Positions 11,221 through 22,289 of a stretch of DNA of 64,000 bases are shown here, in pieces; position 1 is the stretch's first letter; every line of letters starts with the position of its first letter. The position numbers and the translations under genes were made by a program. Under the pieces are notes generated by a model that saw nothing but the letters and a program-made list of their open reading frames with translations, had not been told where the DNA came from and ran no database searches. Where the stretch lies: positions 22,196,001-22,260,000 of the forward strand of contig CP158635.1 in the NCBI GenBank assembly GCA_050273025.1. Direction: 5' to 3'. This DNA comes from Cenococcum geophilum (Eukaryota).

Positions 11221-12148
11221 ACGTCGCACAGCGTGCGGACAGGACCTGGTGGTGGTTGTGGGCGTTAAGGGCGGTGGTGAAGGGTTTTCGGATGGTGAGA
11301 TCTTGAAAACCACTACTGTTGGCCCTCTACAATACGACGACCACTACTGTTCTCCTATCCAGGGCACCTGTACGATCCAACATGGATGTACAGTATTCGA
11401 TAGCATCCCCCGACCCCCAACAGAAAGCATCGACAACCTCTCACATCAACGAACGAGCGAACGCAAACGAGCAAACGAACGAGCAAATATACGGCCCCTC
11501 CTAACCCCCAGGGCGATCGCCCGCGGAGCATGCGGTCACTCGCCGTACTGCCGTAATACTACTGAAGCGACAGCCGGATACAACCCCGTATGGTTTTCCT
11601 TGTCTCCTCTCGACGGAGTGGTGCCCCTAGAGAGGGCCTAGTGACTGGGGCCTAGGCACAAAAGATACCCAGGTACACACATCCCGCTTTCGGCTTTCAG
11701 TGTTAGGATAGTAGAACGGATAAATCCCCCTTACGCCTTCGATAGGCCCTAGGGGGGGGAAGGCATGGCGTATATGGCAATGGTTAAACAAGAGATAGCA
11801 CACAGGGGATGGCTAAGATATGGGAAACAACAACAATACAGCAATTAATTGGCAAGGCCTAGCTGGGACGTAGTGAACCCTAGCTTGGATAAGCTAGAGA
11901 AGGAAGCAGTGGTTCCCAAGGAGTTCGAACATCTAAGGAGGACAGGATGTAGCCGTAGGCCCGCAGGGCCGCCGCTACAGACGGACATGGCAAATCGGGG
12001 TTTTTCATCCTACTGAGGTGGCTCATAGGGTTTTTCCTCCCCCCAGCAGCAAGGGTTTTTTCCCGTCAATATTACTTTTCCCTTGTGTACGGAGTAGTCT
12101 GCGTGGGGCTAGATAGCATCCGTATCAGACGTTAATCAAAGAAGAATT
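11136..12148 (+). mobile_element. ~1.0 kb non-autonomous SINE/SIDE-like retroposon, copy 1 (HDV-like ribozyme head, LINE-A-like 3' tail)
   Basis: 16-bp TSD ATTATATTATTAGTTT (11120-11135 / 12149-12164); 3' end GGAGTAGTCTGCGT..ATCCGTATCAGACGTTAA resembles the LINE-A 3' end; homologous to 36881-37891. Confidence 0.92.
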
Positions 12149-15100
12149 ATTATATTATTAGTTTATATGCCAACGATTCTAAATAAAGTTCCCGTAGTTA
12201 TAATAAGGAAGCATAGATTAAATATAGAAGTAGTTATTAAAAGCTTCTCTTTATAGTGCTTATTATAGGTAGCCCACTAGTAAGTTCCTACCTCTGCAAT
12301 TCTATATAATGGCTTAAGCACAACTATAATTATATCTTCGGAGTATTAGTAGCAAATTTACTCTAGAAGGTATGCTAATATCAAGCGCTAAAGGTGCATC
12401 TCTAATTAGGTGTAGGCCTAAGTAATATCTTATAAATAGACTGCCATTCCATTTTTTATTAGGGAGGGAGCTAATGCAACAATAACTCGCTAACTGGCTC
12501 GTTAAATCGTGGGAGATTATATAAGAATTACCTCCTTACTATTATTATTGTAGCCTTAGATAATAAGCCTTAATTTCTTAAATAGGGCGTTAGTAGCTTT
12601 ACCTTTAATCTTATTAACTATTCTTAACTTAAAGATACGAACTTTATTAAACTTAGTAGGGTTATACTTCTTAAATTTAAAGACCCCTCTTATAATAAGA
12701 CCATCGATCTCCTACTTGTTAAATGCTTAGAAAGGAGCTCCTAGAGTTATAATACAACCTTCCTTTTAGAGCTATTTTACAAGTTTAAAGTTAGCCTTCT
12801 CCTTAGCTATCGTAAAGGCCATTAATAGCTTAACTCTATTCTTAATAGCGGCAATAAATTGCTCTTTAAAATTAATAAGATGTTAGCGATTTTATAATCC
12901 CTTCAGGCAACCTCTACCGCGTCATAGTTGCGGCATATCTACTACAATTATATTAGGATCGTGGTCGCCTTCTAGAGTATATTAATTATGGCTCTTCTCT
13001 AGGGCATCTTCTATAGTATCCTACAAAGGCTTAGAACTATTATCTTTATAATAAGGCTTAATAACAGTTAAACGGAATTAAGTAGGTCTGTAAGGCATCT
13101 AAATAGTATAAGTTTAACCATTAATTACAATAAGTTAATATAGGCCTAACTATCCTCCCTTTTTACACCATACGCGTACCTTAGACTGAAGTGGCAGATC
13201 GAGCGTAGTTAAGGTATTTGGGCCATTTCTTATTCCTAGTGCGTTGTTAACCTAGCGTATAGCGTAGAGACGTTATACCTCCTTCATTACCTTGCAAATA
13301 GCCTCAGCTCATTACACAATAAAGGGAAATAGTGGAGAATCGTTAGTTATTTAAGGGTAGGCGCTAAAGACTAGTAACGTAGGTATAAGTCCATCTAGGC
13401 CAGCGGAATTATTAATAGCTTTAACAGCCATTTATAAGGTAAGTTCTTTACTAGCGTCCTCTAGTTTTAAAGAGATAATCTTATATACGTGGTGTAATAG
13501 CGCGTAATATCGTTCTACTTTTCCGACACTATTATATGCTTTAATAGGGACTTCCTTAACCTTAATTGCCATTGCCTTTATCTATTATTAAAACTCTACA
13601 GATAAGAAGTTCTTTCCTATATTATAGACGATTTAATTAGGGAGTCCTAGGTAGACATTAATCTAGCATAATTAAAGGGTATCCTATGCGTTCCTAGCTA
13701 ACATATCCTTTAAGAATCGTGCGGCTTAGAAGGAGGTTAAGAAGTTAATAACTTAGAGTACTGGCTTACCGCTAAGATATATAACGTTAACGATGATATA
13801 GAAGTTAAAGTTATAGTTATCTTTAAGGGTGAATTTAAATTAGCTAGGGGACTTCTAGTTTATTTAGCATTAATAGCAGTACTTTATAAGATGCTTAATT
13901 GCCTTAACCTTAACTTTATAGCCTACCCGCTAAAGAACCCTAAGTAATTAGTAAACGGATAGGTAGCCAAAACGATAGTATAGTTAACGTAACTCTAACT
14001 TAGTTAAATAGCTCTAAGCAACACTCTTTTCTAGTTAATAAAGGAGTAACTAGGGGTAACCCCACTTACGTACGACGGGCACCTAATTATCTCCCTAAAT
14101 GAGTACATTCTTAAGGTTATTAAGCTTAACGCCTAATTTGTCTATATCTCTAATGCAAAATAAAAATAGGGTATTCATAGGAACGACGTAAAAGGTAATA
14201 TACCCTAAGGGGGTTTGGACCCTAATTATGCCAATAGAGATTATAGTACCCTTACCAAAACGAATCATATGTTAGCCTACCGTTAAATAGTTAATCTAAA
14301 CAGAGTTATTAAGCTGCTAAAGGGCTTAAACTTAAGGTTCTCCTACTATAGATACTCCTGCGGCTCTAGTATCTGGCATAATACCATAGAAGACGTTCGC
14401 CGAGTATCTATTATTAAAGGAGAACGCGGAACTCTCCCTTAGCTTATTAAAGATATCTAACTTCGTGGTAAAATAGAGCGTAGATTAGTTATTAAGAATA
14501 GTAACGGTTTATATACCATCTACCTCACTATACTCAGTAAAGTATTGGTTAGGTAAGTACTCCTCAATTTCTATATCTATAAGGAGCTGTTTAGCCTTAT
14601 TAACCTCACCCTTAAGATCTTCTACGCCTTTATATTAAACTAGGAAGCTTTAGAAATAGGCCGTAGTAACCTTACAATTTCCAACGTTTCTTATACTCTG
14701 GCGGAACTTATTATATACCTCCTTTTGTTTATTAAGAGAATACCTAGTTAACCAGTAATTCGGTTTCTTATAAATATAGCACTTCTTCTAGCAATTACTT
14801 TAAAATAAACCTCCACAAGGACCTCCACCTTTGCCTTATAGTCGTTAATTATACCCTCTACCGTATTGCCTACCCCGGCCACCATATATTCAATTAGTCC
14901 AATTATAATTATATTAGTCAGGCGGGTTAATCAAAGTAGGTTAAAGTTAGGTGTTAAATTGCTATACTTCTTAAGAGCATAAAGCGGTGCTAATAGAAGA
15001 TCTTAATTAAGCATATACTCCTTCATAAGTATTTATAAGATTAAAGAGAGTAAGGTTATATTCTTTAACACCTTAATATACGCTAATGACTTAATTACGT

Positions 15101-17634
15101 AGGCTAAAGTCCTCTTAATATAATTTAGATAAACCATGCTAAATCATCTAAAGTTAATTAAAGAGCTTTTAAAGATAATTAAGCTAAGGGACACCTAGGT
15201 TTATAGCAATAATCCTTAGAAAGGTAGTCTCTCTCCATTCTAATATATACTGCTACTTATTCTCTTCTATTTTAAAGTGGCATCTTAACTTATATATTAT
15301 ACGGTTAAAATTATATCCTTTTCCTACCAAATAATCATAATAGAAGGTACTAGCTCGGCCCTTAAGTATAACAGAATAGGCGTTATAGTATTAATTAGAC
15401 TCTATTCCTACCTTCTAGTAACAGTTATAAAAGATACGTAGTTTTAAATTAAGAATATCGTATAATTCCCCGCTAAACTTCTTCTCTTAATCCAAATAGA
15501 GCTTCGCAAGCTTTATAAGCAATTTTAAACTACCTCCAATTTAAGATTAAGATAAAAGAGGTAGGAGTTACATTATAGGCTATAGTGGGGACGTAGGTCT
15601 GGTTAATGGAGTCTAAAGGTTAGTAGATCGCGAAGTAAGGGGATCTTATACTTGCTTATATTAAGAAGCAGTAGTTAAAGTTATAGGTTAAATTAGTAGA
15701 TTCTAGGGAACTAAAGATAAAGGTAGAGGCGATAGATATAGAATAGAAAAACTCGTGCCTAGAGCAATAGAATTAGAACGCGTCTCTTATAGTATATTAC
15801 TTAGATTCCATCATAAGTTAAGCTTCCTTATAGTGCGTAGTTAGTGCTTAATCTCTTATACAGTCCATTTGTGCTTTTCTTTTACGTTAAAAACCTGCTC
15901 CTAAATATTATCTTTAATAGTACCTCCATCCTTAGGGACAAATACTCTATTCTCCTAAAGGAAGTTACGGAAGTCCTATATAATATCCTTATTTATAGGG
16001 GCCCATGTTTCCTTTATCTATTTAATAAAGTCCTCCTTTATACATTCCTATAGCACAGTATCGTTGTATTTACTATCCTTATAATATACTATACGGTATA
16101 ATAAAAATCCATTTAAGTCTTGTTCATTAGCGTTTACAAGGTTAATTATAGCTTTATTCTATATCTTTAGGTTAATATCTTCCTCATACTTCTTCGGGTA
16201 GGTTAACGCTATAGTAGGTATAAAATTAACGGGGTGTCGTACGTCAAAGGTAAGTAGGATTTTCGGTTTTATAGGATCTCGTAGGTTTGCTATTAAGAGG
16301 TAAGCAATTTAAGATATTATTCGACGCGTTTTAGACGTTAACTTAGGACCTTAGGTTTAGTAATACTTCTGACCTAAAGTACTTAACCAAATCTTTATAA
16401 ACGCGGTTGTTCTACGTAATAGACGCAACTTAATATCTCCTAGTACTTAGTAACACTTCTATTACTAGTTTTCCGTAAGTCTAAGGTAGCACAGTATTGC
16501 CGGGATCCATTCTATATAAGCGTATATAGCACCCCTATATAAAACTATCTCTTCTATTCAAAAACCTAGCTGCTCTATAGTTAACTATATATTTAACCAC
16601 TAATTAGTATTAGTTACATAGGGTAACTCACTAATAACAACTACTCGAGTAGGTTATAGTGATGTTGGTTAATAAAGCTTATTAATTAGAATAAGGAAGG
16701 GTAAGGAGCTTAAGGCTCCTCGCCACGCTAGTGCCGCGGCGACACGTGATAGCAACTTGCCATCACGTGACGGCAGTTTGCCGTACGTGACGGCAAATTG
16801 CCTCATTCCCGACAATAGTATTAATAGGAATAATTTTTATAGTCCTTTAGCGCCTATAAAAGCTCTATTTAGCTAGTTTTAAAGGGCTTATTAGTAGGTA
16901 ACTATATTATATTTATATAGAGTATAAGTTAAATATTTTATAATAGTAACTAGTAAGATACCTAAGGTCCTATAGATTTAATTATTAATTTTACTTAGCT
17001 AACTTAGAGATAGCCTTTACTAGTTAATATATTAGGTCTATCCTCTATAACTAGGGTCTATAACCTGCTAATAACCTATTAGTATAACCTATACTAATAT
17101 AACTAAAGTATAAGGCGGCCTTTTTAGGCACTATACTATAGCTATTAAAGGTTTAATATATTAAGCCTATATACCCTTAAGGTATAGTATTACTATAGCT
17201 GTTACAGGACTAGCACGCGTTATAACTTAGCTTATAAGCGTACGCGTATACACAAGCACGGACCTAACCCCTAAGCGACACGTATATATACCGCCTCACC
17301 TCTATATATAGATCCTTATATAACATTATTTATTAATAATATATAGTTACCTCGTACCTTATACCTTAACAGTTAACATATACTATAATAATAGCTTCGT
17401 CTAATCTGCGCTTTTAAGTCTAAGAAATAGGGTATTATACCTAAAGATAGTTATTATTAGGTAATAGAGTTATATTATTTATATATATTATTCTATATAG
17501 CTATACTTAGTATCTTACTAGTTACTTACTTACCTTTTAAGATTTTATCTATACTAATAGCTATAGTATAGAGCTTATTGTTTTGTAATACTATTAGTAT
17601 AAATATACTTATAAAATATATATTAGCTATACCT

Positions 17635-18193
17635 CTACTAGGTAGGTGTCCTAGTAGGTAGCCCAAGATGCGAATATAGCTGGCCAAGACAGACACTAAA
17701 GCACGTAATACTGCTATGCCCCTTACGTACCAACTAAGAAGCAATACTCTTAGTAGCTGGCATAGAGAACTATAAGACACTGCTCTTAATACAAAAAGGC
17801 CTTAAGGCGGTTACCCAGTAGCTTATTAGCTAAAATGTACTAAACCAGTTCTAGGTTGTAAAGGAAATAGCAATAGAAGGTAGGGGGGCGAGCAACGGGT
17901 GCCCCCTAATGACTCTATAGTAGTAGAGTAAAGTTTACAATACTAGCGCGTCCGTAGGCTTGTTACGGCAGCAGTGGTTCCCAAGAAGGTCAAAAAGTAA
18001 GGTAGTAGGAGCACCACAGGTGACTCGCAGGCGCCTCGCAGGCGCCCCGCAGGCGAGTCCCAAAAGGCGGGGAAATAGATCACGGGGTTTTCTCAAATAG
18101 AGTTTTCTCCCCATATGTATATAAGGAGTAGTCCGCATAGGCCCAATAGGGATCCGAATCAGACGTTAAGCAATGAATTATTATTATTATTAT
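17635..18193 (+). mobile_element. 5'-truncated LINE-A copy with (TTA)n tail
   Basis: Reverse complement of 1-490 plus the true 3' end and (TTA)n tail; 16-bp TSD TATATTAGCTATACCT (17619-17634 / 18194-18209). Confidence 0.92.
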
Positions 18194-18529
18194 TATATTA
18201 GCTATACCTATAATAGTATTAAGGTATACTACCTACTAAATACTACTATCCCCTACTATTAGCTCGCCTTCTACTAGCGCCTTAGCGGCTAGCTCTCTAT
18301 ATTTATTTATACTAGCCCTAGCGGCCCCTTTTCCTTTTCCTTCTCTTTAGCTTAGTATCTTTATAATATAGTATTTATTTAAGCTTTAGTTTAAAGGCAT
18401 TTAGCCATAATAATTTTAAATTTTAGCTTAAATAGGTAATTATATACTTAAGCCTAAAGCTTTACTAATATATAGTACTAATATATAAAAAAAGCTATAT
18501 AAATAGCTTTATAAATATCTATATAATTA

Positions 18530-18620
18530 ATTCTATTTATTGCCTAATTTGGTCCCTCTTTTAGGTCTATATAGGCTTTTACCTTCTATATATAGGAAAA
18601 AACCCCTAGTAGGGGAAAAG
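18530..18620 (+). repeat. ~90-bp inverted repeat, left arm (partner 31645-31735)
   Basis: ATTCTATTTATTGCCTAATTTGGTCCC..TATAGGAAAAA..CCCTAGTAGGG matches the reverse complement of 31645-31735. Confidence 0.8.
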
Positions 18621-19072
18621 CCTAAGTATATCCTTCTAGCTAGTCTTATACGCTCCGCCTTTGCCTAGCCTATATATCTTTATAATAAGTCTACCTTATA
18701 TACTATACTTCTAAGGTATCTTTAAAAGATCTAGGGTAGGAGTAAGTAAAAGGGTTTAGTAATTCGCCTATAAGCTACCTTTAGCTAGGTAGGAATATCT
18801 AGTCCCTAAGGGGTTAGAAGGGGGCGTATCTATAGGTGTCCTCCTATTAGATCTTATATACTACCCAGAATTACTAAAGGACTCCTTAGCCTATAAGCCA
18901 TTATAATTAATTAATTAGTTATTTATATAAATGCCTATATAAATGCCTATATAAATAAATAAATAAATATTTATATAATTTCCTATATAATTATCTTTAT
19001 ATACTTTGCAATTAATTGCTAGTATAAATATATACGTCTATATACCTATATATTTATATAAAGCCCTATATA

Positions 19073-19629
19073 AGGCTCTGCACGAGGCTCTGCACAAAGC
19101 TCTACACGAAGCTCTGCGCGAAGCTCTACACAAAGCTCTACACGAAGCTCTGCACGAAGCTCTACACGAGGCTCTACACGAAGCTCTGCACGAGGCTCTG
19201 CAGAAGCTCTGCACGAAGCTCTACACAAAGCTCTGCACGAGGCTCTGCAGAAGCTCTGCACGAAGCTCTACACAAAGCTCTGCACGAGGCTCTGCAGAAG
19301 CTCTGCACGAAGCTCTACACGAAGCTCTGCACGAAGCTCTGCACGAAGCTCTGCACGAAGCTCTGCACGAAGCTCTGCACGAAGCTCTGCACGAAGCTCT
19401 GCACGAAGCTCTGCACGAAGCTCTGCACGAAGCTCTGCACGAAGCTCTGCACGAAGCTCTGCACGAAGCTCTGCACGAAGCTCTGCACGAAGCTCTGCAC
19501 GAAGCTCTGCACGAAGCTCTGCACGAAGCTCTGCACGAAGCTCTGCACGAAGCTCTGCACGAAGCTCTGCACGAAGCTCTGCACGAAGCTCTACACGAGG
19601 CTCTGCAGAAGCTCTGCACAAGGCTCTAC
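19073..19629 (+). repeat. 12-bp minisatellite (GCACGAAGCTCT)n, about 45 units
   Basis: Perfect core ~19321-19590 with degenerate/RIPed outer units. Confidence 0.97.
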
Positions 19630-20588
19630 CTAAAGCTTACCCCCTTCTACGAAGCAAATCTATACCTACTAGCAGTCCTTAATTATTATTTAAAGCTAGC
19701 TTATCAGTTTAGGTACTCTAGCTGCAGTAAGAAGAGGGCGGTGGGAGGGGTACGGCTGCTACGACTTAGGGTCGTCGGGCGCAATAACGAGACAACGAAT
19801 TGGAATCGGGCAAATCGGGCAACGTAGTCTTCTTCGCCAGGTTTGATTTGGTAATTCTGGCCATCAGGAATAGCCTAGGGAGCTGTAGAAGCTGAGACAA
19901 TTTGGCTCAAAGTAGGTGTATATAGGCCTAAATACCCCGCGCGGGACTAACAAAAATCCGAACCGTGTACCAGACCTTCTAACGAAGGTCTTGCCAAAAG
20001 CGGCTAGCGTCTTGGCAAGGTAAGCCTTGGCAAGAAGGTCTGGGAACGAGACAAGAGACGCGCGATACTTCCGTGGCTTAGTAATGAAGGACGGTTAACG
20101 TGTTTTACTTACCTCAGCGAGCTCAGACGCGATTTTTTAGCTAGCATCGGAATAACCTACGCCGTCTTCCGAATTGCAAAATCACGTCTGAGGGCGTTTG
20201 GCGAGTTTTGTTAAAATCCTAAGCAAAATCCGCTAAATAGAGATTGCGGATATCTAATTCATTTATTTACACAACGCGTTAGTATTACCAAAAGTTCATA
20301 CATTATTTTTAAGACTTAGGGCTTCTAAATGGTATGAATTTTATAATACGGCTATTACTCAGTCCTGACATTAATTTCGTTAAAGTTAAAAAACGCGTTG
20401 TTAAAAGCCTAAGCACGTATTATATCTTATTAAATAGTCTGCTGATATTAATAAAATTATATAGATATGTAGATATCTACTACTTAAAGCTATTGCAACA
20501 CCTAGTAGGTGTTATAGTTAGGTCCTTCCTTAAAAATATCCTCCCTTAGCCCGGAGAGCCTCTGCTACTACTAGGGGGTAAGCTTTGG

Positions 20589-21060
20589 GCAGAGCCTCGC
20601 GCAGAGCCTCGTGCAGAGCCTTAGTAGACCTTCGTGCAGACCTTCGTGCAGACCTTCGTGCAGACCTCCGTGCAGACCTTCGTGCAGGCGTGCAGACGTG
20701 TAGATGTGCAGATGTGCAGACGTTCGTACGGGCGATCAATTGCAGAGACGTTTGTAGAGACGATTGTATGGGCGTTCATACGGGCGTTCATACGAGCGAT
20801 TATAGAACCTTCCTAGTATATTAGTGCTGCGTGTTAGTAGAGCTTTGGAGCTCTATATAGGGCTTCAAGCAGAGCCTCGAGTAGAGCTTCGAGCAGAGCC
20901 TCAAGTAGAGCTTCGAGCAGAGCCTCGAGCAGAGCCTCAAGCAGAGCTTCAAGCAGAGCTTCGAGCAGAGCTTCGAGTAGAGCTTTTACAGAGCATCGTA
21001 CGGAGCTTCGTGCAGAGCCTCCGCAGAGCCTTAGTAGAGCTCCGTGCAGAGCTCCCTGCA
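20589..21060 (+). repeat. Two degenerate 12-bp arrays (GCAGACCTTCGT)n and (GCAGAGCTTCGA)n, inverted relative to 19073-19629
   Basis: Arrays at ~20589-20760 and ~20869-21060. Confidence 0.85.
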
Positions 21061-21452
21061 GGTCTCCCCCTAAGCCTCGTTCTGTAGAGCTCTTGCAAAG
21101 CTCTACAGCTCTACACAGACGCGGAGCTTATAACTCTATTAGGGCCTACACCAAAACCTATAAAGGGCTGTAAAGTAAATAAATTAAATAGGTACATAGC
21201 AGATGGAATACCCACTAGTTACGAAGAGGGCTGGTGGCGTAGGCGTAAGCGTGTTTACTACGCGCCTCAGTAGAGCAGTGGAATTGGAGCCTCTGCGGCA
21301 ACGAACTCCTCTTAATATTGCGCGTATATAAGGAGCCAAAGATCTCATAACTTATAGAGTAGGCTTTTCCCTATAATTTGGTGTAATTTTTATGTTAATA
21401 AGTATTGTGGGAGGGTAGATTAATTTTGTTAAAGTTAATGAGGTCTTCTTAT

Positions 21453-22018
21453 CCCTTCGTGTGGCATTTGACACTTTTCGTATTGGGCGCTTTTGGCGCT
21501 TTTGCTTGGGTTAGCATGCTGTAAGGCACCCTAGCTAGCGCGATTTTATTAGCACCCCACCAAAACACGTCGATATTGCGATGCCGACAAAATGTTGTAG
21601 AAGGCCACCACTAAAAACACTAATATATATTTGAGGAAGTTAAGCAAGAAGTCGTGATATATGATCCCATGTCTATAGATTTTTGCCCTTCTTCCGTTAA
21701 CTAGCTACTAATTATATAGGAAAATCCTCCATTAAAGTCCACTAAATTACTGCTAAGTGGCATAAAGACAATATTTTGCTAATAATTTAAGAATTAAATA
21801 GACGGCATGGTATTAAAGCTTTTTAATTAACTACGCTAAATATTATACAGGCTTCCTGGCCACTTCGCTGCTGTTCACTAAGCGTCAATGAGGCGCCAGC
21901 ACCCCTGCCGCCGAGTAACCGCACTGACCAGAGGTTTCAACACCAAGCTATATACGGCATGGAGCCTCTAGATGCGTGCATATACGAAAAGTGCAAGAAA
22001 CGGTTGCCACACAAAGGG
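21453..22018. mobile_element. Non-autonomous TIR element with CCCTT...AAGGG ends in a TATA site
   Basis: TAT|CCCTTCGTGTGGCA ... TGCCACACAAAGGG|ATA (1 mismatch). Confidence 0.72.
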
Positions 22019-22289
22019 ATATAAATGATGTTTAGGTTTTCTACAAATCTCGCCAAAGTCCCTCAGACCAAGAAAACGATTGCCGTCCTAAATCAGCTTA
22101 GTGGACGGTGCGGATATTCCTATATCCGCACAATCGATTTCTTGGTCTGAGCTTCTGTTAATCGCGACGACCTACTGCAAAGATGTCAGCTTAGCTTACC
22201 GTCTGTCGCCGAGCTAATAGCGATTTTCCATCCCGGGGATGGAAAATCCTAATTGGTCCATTCAGCAATAGAGCCGGCAGAACTCTACA

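Larger units (their letters stand above)
9678..16814 (-). mobile_element. Ty1/Copia LTR retrotransposon (Copia-A), RIP-mutated
   Basis: LTRs 9678-9884 and 16608-16814 (TG..CA), 5-bp TSD ATAGT; minus-strand integrase (~13300-13850) precedes RT/RNase H (WING*NNLVDVITK ~10260-10310). Confidence 0.93.

Noticed and set aside
11499..11512. Telomerase RNA template-like CTAACCC
   Set aside because: Less than 1.5 repeats and inside a multicopy TSD-flanked element
11057..11641. 194-aa ORF
   Set aside because: Starts in antisense Copia sequence and crosses the TSD into the retroposon; not kept as one frame in copy 2; no recognisable domain
16820..17620. Possible ribozyme at the LINE-B 5' end
   Set aside because: GCTAA motifs and hairpins occur on the minus strand, but I could not assemble P1/P1.1/P3; too heavily RIPed to support
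19073..19629. CRISPR-like array
   Set aside because: Contiguous tandem repeats without unique spacers; eukaryotic TE context; no cas genes
19006..19827. 273-aa ORF with (HEAL)n and overlapping antisense ORFs
   Set aside because: Consequence of a stop-free 12-bp minisatellite open in several frames; no ATG start
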